Origin: Puccinia triticina
Lineage: Eukaryota
Reading direction: 5' to 3'
Length of the DNA stretch: 64,000 nt
NCBI GenBank assembly: GCA_026914245.1
Contig: CP110439.1
Coordinates: 7,874,001-7,938,000 of the forward strand
A program made the position numbers and the translations under genes. The notes under the pieces are model-generated. The model made no database searches. It was not told the origin of the DNA and worked only from the letters and a program-made list of their open reading frames with translations. Position 1 is the stretch's first letter; each line of letters starts with the position of its first letter. Shown here in pieces: positions 38,881-50,900 of the stretch.

Positions 38881-41063
38881 AGGTGTGAGGTGTACCAACA
38901 TATACTACCTCTACACTGTTTTTTGATGTTTTGTAGCAGCACCAATTCTCATTAGGTGATTAGGTGTTGGGGGAACAAAAGATGCAGAAGACCATGGAGA
39001 ACCTTCCTGCATATTTTCCAAATTTTTTGAAGCCTTGAGTGGCACTCAAATTACTTTTTTATGACCACCATCATGTCTACTTCATCCTTCATTACACATC
39101 TTGCACTGTACAGGATCCAAAACTAATGATATTACAAAGGGTATTGCAGATCAAATAAAAGGGATGGGGGGAGATGGAAATAGTACACAGATGGGGACAG
39201 CTTGGGTGGTCCCAGAAATGAAAACTAAAAGGAATTTGGTCCAGAGACCCATGTGCTATGTTGATTATAAAAAAGTGCCCACCAAAAGTTGAAATTCTCT
39301 CAGGCTGCGGGGTAGAAATAGCACGTAAGTCCCTCCTTTGGAGGTCGCTTCGCTCCCCCAAGGAGGGAAATTAGCTAAGTTAGCCCCAGACCCAACCACA
39401 ACACTTCTAATAGTGAAGTTAGTGGTCATTGGCACTGAATGAGTTGGGTTGGCCCATGACCTGTTAGGGTTTTCCATGACCTAAATGCAACCCAACCCAA
39501 TCTAGAATGGCATTGGATTGGGTTTGGGCAGCATATTTTAATCTTCCCTGACCTGACCCAACCCAAAATAAATGTTGGTTTGGGTTCGGGCACTATTTTA
39601 TGGCCCAAACCCAACCTGTTTACACCCTGAATCTGTATCCCAAAAAGAGAATGTTTTCAGACCTATGTGAATTGAGGTGTCATAAATAGAAATTAGAAAA
39701 GCAGATTAGTGACCCACTGTTTCTGCATCATCATTAACCCACAGGATCAGCCCAGGGGCTTAGAATGTATTTACACAGGCAATATAATGTATTGGAATGC
39801 AATATAAGGCCAAACAAACTGCAGCCGGAAAAACTGCAAGAGCTACTCTTTGATACAAAAAGGGGTACTTTTGCGTAGAAAAGCAGGAAAAAACTACCCT
39901 AGATGAGGAGTAGCATTAACACCAGTGGAAAACAGCTGCTTGAAGTGGTAGGGAAGCACCAGCACTGCTACCCTTTTTTTTTTTTTTTTGCTTTTGCTAA
40001 AATTTAGTGTAGTGGCAGAAGTGGTACGTTTTGGCACTATTAAAGAATGTAGCTAATGGGGCTTCTTTTGTACCAAAAATTAATGTGTAGCAATTATTCC
40101 ACCTTTCTATGGAAAATGCACAGATGAAAAACAATCATCAATCCTCCATCACTTTATCATGTTGAGGATTGAGATTTAAATGTTGCTACAGTAGCGCAGC
40201 AAAATTGAACGACTTCCTGTGGGCTAAAAAGCTAGATTCAGTCACTGCAACAGCACGTTTTAGCGCTTTTTGGCTGGTTTGGTTTTATTTGCAGTGTAGC
40301 AAAAACAGACAAAAGCTCGCCAACATTACAGCATCAGTGGTTAAAAAAAAGAAAAAACACCGCCTCCTAACACTTTCTTGAAAAAAGTGTAGGGTAGACC
40401 CAGCATTACTGTTGTCTCAATGGTGTTCAAAGTTGGTTTGCATAATTTTATGCATGCATAAATCATAAAATCATAAAATCTTTTTGCAGGGGATATGACT
40501 TTCTGGTAGAGAATGTCAACCGGTACCCGTTTGATGGGAGGTGCCCAAAGAGCGCAGCTCCGAGGGCCCCGGTGTCCACGTAGCCACAGGGCCAGGTCCG
40601 GTGCTACCTGAATCGGAGTTCCTATCTCCGTCTAGCGGCAAGCTAGTCGGTGACAGGATCAACTAGCGTAGAGCCTGCAGGTAGATTAGATCGGCTTGGG
40701 AGTGTCCCATGACGATGATGACGCCATGAGACCAGCGCAAGACATGCAACAAGGTCTAGAGCCAGGCAAGCAATGCCTGGGCGTTGGTTTCCCGGAGAAA
40801 CAGAGAACCTCATAAAGAGGCCGGCAAGCAAGCGAGGCGACAGGAATTCCCCTGTTCCACCTCGTTTCTGCTTTCCGTCGTGCTGCTTCCCGGGAAACAC
40901 TTTCCTTTTTTGCACCACAGTCATTACTGCAAGTTTCCTTTAGCATAAGCAACGCTGAAATAAGCGCACAAACACTATCTCTTCATACCAACAATCTTTT
41001 AATCCCGACCAATCAAAGCTGAGACACACTCGCTTACTTGCATAAAAAACTACCTTTGAAATC

Positions 41064-42537
41064 ATGTCTGATATCAATAACCTCACCGGAGATGTTCTAG
41101 GTTTAGACACCAACCCGAACGCCCCAGCAGAGTCACTCGCCGCAGGCTCCAAATCCAGAAACCCAACTGCCAAAAACATGGGCAGGACGGTGAAATCGCG
41201 CCTATCACAGGCTGCAGAGAAGTCAAACCCCACCGCCGGAACTGAAGACCAGTCCGATGACGACGAGGATGAGGACGACCCGCAGATTATAGATTGCCTG
41301 AGAACTGCGGGAAAACAAGGTGAGCCTTTATAACCCATCCGTTCTCCCAGAGAGCATAGTAGATAACAAACCTTACCATAGGAGACGAAGAAGACGCAGA
41401 CGTCAAAGCCAGATCAAAGATGCTGAAGGAAGCACTAGAGGCCCAAGTCGCCGGCAACTCAGCCAAGGCGGACCAGATCCTGGCGAAGATTCAGCTAAAG
41501 ATGGTTACCACGGCCGCCGCACCAGCCAAGAATGTGGTAACGGTAGCGAAGAGAGCCCGCATCAAAGAAGGAGGCAACAACAGAGTGAAGGAGAACGGGT
41601 TTGTGTTCTATAAAGCCGAGGTGAACTCGTTCTTAGGGCTAGGCCTCCCCCCGTTCTTCGACAAGAATATGAAGGAACTAAAAGGCAAGCTCTCTCCAGA
41701 AATAGATAGATGCAACGAAGTAGACAGGAAGCTGACAAGCATTGGAAAAATACACAAACAGTCCCCTTGCCTATAACCATCTTCAACAAGAAGTGGCAAG
41801 ATGCGGCAATCCTCCATTACTCGGAGAAGAAAGCCCGACTCAATACCTCATCAGATGAGAAGGACAGGTACACCGGGCTGAAATACCCCAGCGAGTGGGA
41901 ACAGACCTTTGGAGACTGGACCCTCAACCACCGCGGGTTCTACGAGTCGTTGTCGGTAATCTACAACTACCCCACGCTGGCAAGGTGGCTTCTACAACAC
42001 AAGGCCAACACCGACAGGATCCATCTGAAGGATGGCTATATGGCGGCGTTGAGGTACGACGTACACCTACGAACCAACGCTTTCGCCCATAGAGTTACAG
42101 TCAACGGCGAGGAGGCCTTCCCGGACATCTCAGTTTTCCGCCCAGACATTGCGGAAGAAGCGTACACCGACGCCCGCAGGTTCGACGAACTCAGCTTCAA
42201 GGACAACCCCTATGCCCCAGGAGGCCCACAAGACGGAATGGATCCGGTCACCGGGATGCCTAAAGGAAAAAACTGTGAGGCTTTCTCTAACCCCGCATTC
42301 TACCCCGGCTACCAAGCGCAAGGCATGCCCTACCAGCCTCAGCCGGGTTTTGGATATCCACCGGCCCAACAGCCCCCAAGTTTCCACCCGATGCAGCAGC
42401 CTTTCTTCCAACCATTTGGTGTCCCGGCCCAAGCGCAAACAGGCCCCCCTCGGTTCGGTGGCCCAGTCAGAGACCACCTCGTCAACAAGGAAGAGGACGA
42501 GGAGGGTACCGAGGGAACGGGGGAGATCCGAGTTTAG
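41064..42537 (+). pseudogene. Gag-like ORF1 of the DIRS/Ngaro-type element, spliced and/or frameshifted
   Basis: Consecutive coding segments (41064-41333, 41420-41776, 41710-42537) with LPPFFDKNMKELK, PITIFNKKWQ, RYTGLKYPSEW, AALRYD and DNPYAPGG, directly upstream of the RT. Confidence 0.6.
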
Positions 42538-43049
42538 TCGGACACCAGTATGGTTACTCGCAACCGGCCGCCCCTAACGGGGGGCAGATGGTGCTTCGAG
42601 ACCCCAACGTGTGAGTCATGACACCTCAGTGTCTACAAGCCATCAAACAAAACAGCTGACCAATGAACGGTGCTGGTTTTTGTTTTTCTCGATTCCGCCA
42701 CCTAGCCCACAACCAAACCCAGCACAGCCAAAGTAGGAATTTTTCCTTGAGTGTTGTTCCGCCCCCCCCCCTCCCCCCCTCCGTTTTTGCACATTGCCGA
42801 GTCTATGTCACCTAGCCCCCCCCCCCTCCTTTTTTCTCCCTCTTCATTGTTCTACCTCTCACCTTTATGATGTTACTCCAGACTATGTTCCACCTCTACT
42901 CATAGCCCATTCCGAAGCAGACCGGAATAAGCGTAGTAAATTGAACATACTCGTTGATACATACTGTTTCTCTCCTCATATTGTTGTCCTACCCCTTTCC
43001 AAAATCTTTTTTATGCAATCAGACACACATTGCCCGCGTTAATAGCACA

Positions 43050-44730
43050 AGGGAGTTGCACCAACACAACAGAGAACCAGAACCCAGTGAATCTACCCAA
43101 TTGGCCGCTAACGGTTTGATGCGAGATGAACATCAAAGCCTGGGAAGTTGCCTTGAAAGCGGCCAAACTATGGGACATGTTCTCAGACGTTGTAGAAGGT
43201 TTTAAGACGGGATTTGATCAAGGAATCCCCCAGCATCGCATTGGCGACCTCAAACATTTCACTCCTCCTAACCACTCCTCCGCTACCCTGGCGAAAGACA
43301 AGATACAGGACTCCATAAGAAAGGAGATTGAGGCGAAACGGATGTTCGGCCCATACAAGCCGGAAGAGGTAAACAAAGTCTTTCAATTTTTCCGCACTAG
43401 CCCGTTAGGGGCGGTTATAAATGGCAACGGCTCCTTCCGGCCAATCAACGATTTGTCATTTCCCAGAAACAACCCATCCATCCCGTCGGTCAACTCATTC
43501 GTCAATGCAAGCGACTTTGAGACAACCTGGGACGATTTCAATAAAGTCTCCTCCTTCTTCAGGCACCTCAAACAACCGGTCTTACTAGCGTTATTTGACT
43601 GGGAAAAGGCTTACCACCAGATACCCACAGCCCCCGGCCAATGGCCGTACTTGATGATAAAGGATTTCAACAACAGAATCCTCCTCAACACGTGGATAGC
43701 GTTTGGTGGAGTGGCAGGCTGCGGCTCCTTCGGACGACCAGCAGACGCCTGGAAACTCCTCATGAAGCACGAGTTTGATGTACTAGAAGTTTTTCTCTGG
43801 GTGGACGACAACCTATTCGTGAAAACACACCAATCTACCGTCTCAATGGACAACATTGTGGCTAGATCAAGGGAGTTAGGCGTAAAAACGAACAACACTA
43901 AGTTCTCTCACTTCCAAGAGGAACAAAAATTCATAGGATTCCTATGGAACGGCAACGAGAAAACGGTCCGCCTTCCTGAGAAGAAGCTTTGAGAACGCAT
44001 AGGCCAGATAAAAGCCTTCCTATCTCCGGGCCACCAAGCGTCGTTCAAGCAGGTAGAGACGCTGGCGGGCCAACTGAACCATGTTTCAATGCTCTTACCC
44101 CAGTTACGATGTTATTTGTGCTCCATCTATCAATGGTTGAAGAACTGGATCAAAACGAAAGCACCTTGTTTCACCCCCCACGACGCAGAGGAGGACCTAA
44201 TCTTCTGGCTGTCAACGCTGCAGTCTTTCAACAGCACAAGACTCATAGCTAACCCGGAGCCGACAGAAATCAACTGGGTCGGAGACGCCTCGTCCTCCTA
44301 CGGCATAGGGGTCCTGATTGGGGACCGCTGGTCCCGCTTCCAAGTCATCGAGGGATGGAACAAGTCGGTCAACCCAAACAGGACCATAGCGTGGCTAGAG
44401 ACGGTGGCCATCAGAATTGGTCTACTCATGCTAAGGAAAATGCGAATCCGACGGGGGAAGACCCTGATCGTCTGGACAGACAACACCACATCTGAGAATC
44501 TTGTGCACAACCGGAAGTCAAACGATTGCTGGGTGAATGAGGAGTGGAAACAGATCCAGACTCTCCTAGTGGACTTAGAACTCGACATAGTCGCGGAAAG
44601 AGTGACCTCGGCGGAGAACCAAGCAGACGCGCTGTCGCGCGGGGACACATCAAACCACGCCGCATCCAACTTTCTATCCATCATACTGCCGGAGGATCTA
44701 GAGAGATGGCTGACAGAACGCACGCCTTGA
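43050..44730 (+). pseudogene. Reverse transcriptase-RNase H of the DIRS/Ngaro type, with an internal stop at 43990-43992
   Basis: GFDQGIP, RMFGP, FRTSPLGAV, RPINDLSFP, FDWEKAY, FGGVAGC, WVDD; RNase H GDASS.YGIG, IAWLETVAI, WTDN, NQADALSR. Confidence 0.9.
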
Positions 44731-45764
44731 CGGGCGGAATTTTTCCTTGACCCTTTTCAATTGTTTTCCTTCCCTCTGAAGAATCTGCTCATCCGTACCC
44801 CCTCAGAGCTAGTGACAACACCCTGAGAGTGCCATTTTTCACGCAATCTAAAGAGATAGAAATGAATATCCAAGTTTTACAGGCACACCTAATACACTCA
44901 TAAGGAGGCCTTAGATTGCGAGCCACACCAAGAAGTTTTAGAGTCGGAGGGATAACCCCCAATCAGAGCATAGAAACTACACCGTTCCCTTGGAGTAGGG
45001 GGTTTTCGCCGCTTAGGCTCAGGCTCTTACGGACCCGGAGTAGAGGGCTTAGTGCCTCTTCCCCCACTCCTGGGACTATCAGTTGCTGTTTCTGCTCAGG
45101 AATACGGCTCAACAATGCAGGCAAGGGAGAAACTCGCCTCAGAAGCAGTGAAGAGCCACCTTTCCCTTCGACCCACACGTGACTAGGCATTTTGTGAGAC
45201 ACGGGCTCCCTTCCCAGAGGAAGGTTGAGCCCCAACAGCCTAGCCACGTCAGACTCAGTAGCCCACACGGGTGAGCGGTGTGAGAGCTGATCCGCTGCGC
45301 CGCGCAAGAGGATAGCACGCCGCGCAACCCGCATCCACACGGACGCCAAGCCTCGTGCGCTCAGTGGACGGTACCCGGCACCCGCGGGCAGGTACCGCCC
45401 GCACCCGCCAGGCGGTTCTGGGTGCCTGTTTTTGGAAAAAAACACGCGGGTACCGGCAATGTAAATTATACCCGGTTCCGTTTTGACATTCTCTACTTTC
45501 TGGTTATGTAATTAGCAGCGCATAGCACGGTGGTATTTGACGCGTTTTTTGGGCCCCTTGAATACTGATTCATTGAATATTCAAGTATCTGGAGATCTTC
45601 AAAGGAAAAACTTCCAAAGTACATTAAAAACACCAAAAAATCACATTTTTTGTGTTTTTGACTTATTTTGGCCCATTTCTGGGCCATATAATTTTGAGTG
45701 GGCCATCCGTCAAACATATAATGGTGCCAAAGGCGCTTATAATATTGCCAGAGGCAAATCTCAT

Positions 45765-46340
45765 AATGGCGGACGCACTATTCAGAGTGCCGGACGCACA
45801 TTTGATAGTGCCGGGCGCACTTTTCATAGTGGTGGACACACTTTTCATAGTGGCGGACGCACTTTTCATAGTGGCGGACACACTTTTGATAGTGGCGGAA
45901 TCAATATTCAGAGTGCCGGACACACTTTTGATAGTGCCGGACACACTTTTGATAGTGCCAGACGCAATTTTGATAGTGCCAGATGCACTTTTGATAGTGC
46001 CGGACGCACTTTTGATAGTGCCGGACGCACTTTTGATAGTTCTGGACACACTTTTGATAGTGCTGGACGCACTCTTCATAGTGGCGGACGCACTTTTCAT
46101 AGTGGTGGACACACTTTTGATAGTGGTGGACTCACTATTCAGACTGCCAGACGCACTCTTCATAGTGGCGGACGCACTTTTCACAGTGACGGAGGCAATT
46201 TTGATAGTGGCAGACTCACTATTCAGAGTGCTGGACACACTTTTGATAGTGGCGGACTCACTTTTCATAGTGGCAGACGCACTTTGCATAGCGGCAGACA
46301 CTCCTTTTGTAGTGGTGGACGCACTTTTCAAAGTGCCAGA
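45765..46340. repeat. 21-bp minisatellite, about 27 copies
   Basis: Unit approximately CACTTTTGATAGTGCCGGACG, with variants; produces 7-residue periodic ORFs in two + frames and one - frame. Confidence 0.95.
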
Positions 46341-47926
46341 GGCAGATTTTTTTTGTGTTGCACCAAAGGGGCTGGTATAGGGCCTGTGCAAACTCATCTG
46401 GGGCCTTTGGGCCCCAGAGAAGCTTGCATTGGCCCTCTACGCGCCCCTTTGAGCCATTATTCAAATTTTTGCCCAGGCATTATTCAACTCTAATCGGATT
46501 CAAATACAAATACTCAAATCGATTTGATTTGATGTGCTATGCCCTGGTAATTAGGGTGTTCAAAGTTGTCTTGCATAAAATCATAAAATTCTAAGCTGAA
46601 AAAATATGACCCACCCAAGAACTCAAATTAGAGCAACATTTCTAGAATTTACATATGAAATCATCACTTGAAAGTTTTATGATTTTATGATTTCAACTTT
46701 GAACACCGTAAATAGAAAATTTCCTCACCAAAGTATTTTTATGATTTTATGATTTACTAGAGGCCAAGGCGGCTTTGCCGCTGCAAATTTAGGGGTTCAA
46801 GGACAATTTATCATCAGCCCCTTTCCCCATTCTTCTCCACAGGCCAGTAAATGCCCTCTTGAAGTTGAAAGCAAATGTTAAATATGAAATGCATTCATAA
46901 ACTCCAGAATATGTAAAAGGATAGATACATAAATAAAACGCTGAGACCCGTATCAGCATTTTATTAAATTTCCTTATCCTATTCCAGTACTGATGGGTCT
47001 TTTCATTTCAATTTGAATGGAAATCTGCATGGAAAAAAAGCATTTTGTGGAACCAACAAGCTTACCAAGGGGTTACTGAGCCAATCCTCGTTGGTTCCAC
47101 AGATTACCCACCTGTTGTCGGTTCCACGGACGGGCGTGGCAGGAAGTACCCCCGCCGTGTACGGGGAAACCACGAGGATTCCTTAAGATATCCTTGTCAA
47201 AGGACTCCCCGGGTGTAAGACCGCGAGCTGGCCAGTCAGATTCTCCCCCCAGCCGCATCCGTTTTGTCTGTAATTCCAGCTGGTGGTGCGTCTCACGCTC
47301 TCCCGCTGCTGCATATGCATTTGCACAGCCTGGGGGGTTAAAGAGCTGTCCCCCACTTAGCAGATTGCCACCGCACTGCTGGGGGCCTTCCTTACATACT
47401 GTTTGACCCATCTGGTGAGTTGGGCAGCAGAATGGGCCTGGGTGCAGCAGCTTCGGCTGGTGTTGGGCTAGGTTGTGTTTTTTGCAGAGGCTTTCCTCAG
47501 ATAGGGGAAGCCTTTTGTGCTTTTGTGTGTTAAAAAGATAGGGAAAACCCTTTGTTTGTTGTTTGTTTTTTGAATAAAAAAAAGGGGATATGAGCTGCAC
47601 CGCGCGCCATAGCCTACTCTGGGGGACATGTCACTCTTGTACATACATGTCACAGCTTCCTTCCATAAGGAGGAGCAGGGGAGAGATCCTCTCACTCTCC
47701 CCATCTAGCAATCTACATCATCCTAGGTCAAGTACTAGAGTCCGGTCCTTCTCTCCCATAGATCAGTCATAACATATTGCTAGATCTTTCTTTTAGCGCG
47801 GAGACGAGGACAGAAAGAACAACGAACAGAACCTGAATCAAGAAACCCCGACGAAACCACACACCAGAACCAAACAGAACCCACCCGAACAGACCCAAAC
47901 CAGAAACCCCGAGACGCCGCCTGAAG

Positions 47927-50900
47927 ATGGATGCCGCGGCCCTCCAAGCCCAACTCGCCGACTTCATGGCAGTTGTGAACAAAGAACGAGAACTACGTCG
48001 TCAAGCGGAGGCCGCACGTGTGGCCGCCAAGGCCACCCGTCAACAGGCCGAGGAAGCGCACCGTCAAGCCCTGGCCCAGGACCCCGCCCAGGCGCCGGCA
48101 CCTGCAGCCCCACCTGGAGGAGGACAACCACCAACCCGCGGCCTAAAGATTGGCGTACCCGACAAGTTCGACGGGACCCAAGGCGTGAAAGTCGAAGTCT
48201 ACGCAAGTCAAGTTAGCCTCTATATTTCCGCCAACCCGACTGCATTCCCGGACGACCAAACCAAAGTTGTGTTCGCTCTGTCATATCTGACCGGCCAGGC
48301 GAGTAGCTGGGCCCAACCGACGATTTTCAAGTCCTGCAACACCAGCCCCGACGCTCCAGCGGTTGTGTATCAGGAGTTTACAAAGGCGTTTGAGGCGATG
48401 TACTACGACACGGAGAAGAAGACGACGGCGGAGAGGGCGATCAGACAGCTCAAACAGACCAAATTGGTCTCTGAATACACCCACCAATTCACCATCCATG
48501 CCCACAACACGGGATGGGAGGCCGCCACCCTTGTCAGCCACTATACGCAGGGCCTCAAGAAGGATGTCCGCCTTGCGCTCGTCCTCGCCAGGACCCAGTT
48601 CGCGACCCTAGCCGATGTTTCCAACCTTGCCTTGCGGATCGACAACGAAATCGGGGGCTTCGACTACATTGGGAACCCAATCACCCTCTAACCCCGCGAC
48701 CTGGACAGCATGGAAATCTCGGCGGTGCGCGGACAGCTTACGGCGACAGAGAAGTCGCAGATGATGCGCGCGGGCCAATGCTTTCGGTGCGGCGAGAAAG
48801 GCCATCTGGCGAGGGAATGCCCGACTAAACCAAAGAAGGGGAAGTCCAAGGAGGCAACCCGGATCGCCGAGTTGGAAGAACAGCTCCGTCAACTCACGAT
48901 AGGGGAGGGTATGAGTGATGGGGCCGGCAGAGCGGAGCGGTCAAAAAATGGCGATGCTCAGGTGTGACGGTTGTGCCACACCTGAGCAGCGATGATGTTG
49001 TAGTAGCTGATATAGGGGCAAGTGTTATCCACCCCAACAAACTCGACCCCCGTTTGTTTCTATCAGTAGCAATCCAAACCACACATCATCCTTTAGCCAC
49101 ACCCATTCGCGCCACTTTCCTCGATGACTCGGGGGCCACCCACGATGTCATGAGTGACCACTTTATTGACGGGATGGGGCTGCAGGACAGTACCACCCAG
49201 TCTGAGAGGACCGTATTGGGCTTTGATGGCTCGAGGAGCCAGGCCTCCCGAGAGATCAAACTATTCCTGGACAGCAACCCCACCCCATCGACTTTTATCA
49301 TTACCAAACTCAAGCCTACGACGGCATTCTCGGAATGCCCTGGATTTGGCAACACGGCCACTTAATCGACTGGCGGAGCCGACGCCTGGTTCAAAACCCC
49401 ACGGCCAACGACGCGGACCCCATCGCGGCTGCAGACGCAGTTTCGTCTTTGCCGACAACAGCCTCAACAGACGGGGACCGGCCCGTGAGGCACGCGAGGC
49501 AATATGACGAGGGGGTGCACACTATGTGTGAGATAACACCCCTGCGATGTGAGTCCAGAACCCCCCATTCTCCCAAAGAAATACTAGGAGCCGCTGGCAA
49601 GCGGGCACATCTTTTGGAACTCCTACAGCAGGTACCGGACGTGGTCGCGAACGCCGCAGCGGATTCGTCTTTATCGCAACAAGCCTCGAAGGATGGGGAG
49701 GAGCCCGTGAGGCACGCTAGGTTAAACGACGAGGGGGTGCACACTTTGTGTGAGATAACACCCCCGCGATGTGAGTCCAGGACCATCCATCCTCACCCAG
49801 ATTTATTAGGAACCGCTGGCAAGCGGGCACGCCTTCTAGAACTTCCACTACAGACACTGAGCCCTACGCGCAACGGCGATAATAAGGACCCCGTCGCAGC
49901 CACCGCGGTGGCTTCGTCTTTACCGCAACAAGCCTCAAAGGACGGGGAGGAGCCCGTGAGGCACGCTAGGTTAAATGACGAGGGGGTGCACACTTTGTGT
50001 GAGATAACACCCCCGCGATGTGAGTCCAGGACCCCCCCTTCTCATCTGCATTTGTTAGGAACATCTGGTAAGCGGTTATCTCTGTTGAAAAGTGCAGGAA
50101 CCCAGCCGTCCGTCGACGCCGCAAAGGTGGCGTGGTCTATGTCCGCAAAAATTGCCGCAGAGGCGAGGAAGGGTGACCCGGAGATTTTGACCAAAGAGCT
50201 AGTTCCCCAACGGTATCACCAGTACTTGAATATGTTCCACAAATCTGGGGCCCAGAGACTGCCCCCCAGAAGGAAGTACGACTTCCGCGTGGACCTGGTT
50301 CCAGGTGCACTGCCGCAGGCCAGCCGGATCATCCCGTTGTCGCCAGCCAAGAATGCGGCACTCAACGTGCTGATCCAAGAAGGCCTGAAGCACGGGACCA
50401 TTAGGAGGATGACTTCCCCATGGGCAGCACCGGTCCTATTTACAGGGAAAAAGGACGGCAACCTTAGGCCATGTTTCGACTACAGAAAGTTAAACGCGGT
50501 TACGGTCAAAAATAAGTACCCTCTCCCGTTAACCATGGATTTGGTGGATAGCCTACTTAATGCCAACACATTCACTAAGCTCGATTTCCGCAACGCGTAC
50601 GGTAACCTACGAGTGGCGGAGGGGGACAAAGAAAAACTGGTGTTCGTGTGTAGGGCCGGCCAGTTCGCGCCGTTGACCATGCCGTTTGGCCCTATGGGGG
50701 CCCCCGGATTCTTTCAGTTCTTTATCCAGGACATCCTACTGGGGTGCTTGGCAAAGACACGGCGGCGTATCTCAACAACATAATGATCTACACCCAGAAG
50801 GGTTCAGACCACGAAGCGGCGGTCAGCAGTATACTCAACATCCTCAGTAAACACACATTGTGGCTTAAACCGGAAAAATGTGAATTCTTGCAGGACGAAG

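Larger units (their letters stand above)
38561..38915 (-). mobile_element. TRIM (miniature non-autonomous LTR retrotransposon) with tRNA-derived LTRs
   Basis: 130-bp LTRs at 38561-38690 and 38786-38915 (TGTAGA..TCTACA, one mismatch). 95-bp interior with minus-strand PBS GGTTATGAGCCC and purine tract AGGGGGTG. 5-bp TSD CTGTT. Confidence 0.95.
33232..39630. mobile_element. TIR element expanded to 6.4 kb by nested insertions
   Basis: Ends TCAGGGTGAAAATAGATTGGG / CCCAACCTGTTTACACCCTGA, with AACCC/GGGTT subterminal repeats; 8-bp TSD ATCTGTAT at 33224-33231 and 39631-39638. Confidence 0.7.
40530..45368 (+). mobile_element. DIRS/Ngaro-type retroelement (gag-like, RT, RNase H); no tyrosine recombinase ORF found
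   Basis: Bounded by a duplicated CGGTACCCG (40521-40529 and 45369-45377) in the host MITE. Contains DIRS-type RT and RNase H coding sequence. No LTRs seen. Confidence 0.8.
40507..45495. mobile_element. hAT-like MITE (same family as 33985-34479) split by a 4.8-kb retroelement
   Basis: TIR TAGAGAATGTCAA at 40507 and TTGACATTCTCTA ending at 45495; perfect 8-bp TSD CTTTCTGG. Confidence 0.88.

Noticed and set aside
44916..45182. Tyrosine recombinase gene from the RSFRVGG motif
   Set aside because: The His is absent, no downstream GRW..Y motif follows, and there is no upstream recombinase sequence. At most a remnant, possibly chance.
45537..46493. 318-aa protein-coding gene
   Set aside because: The open frames are explained by a 21-bp tandem repeat; non-ATG start and no recognisable domain.
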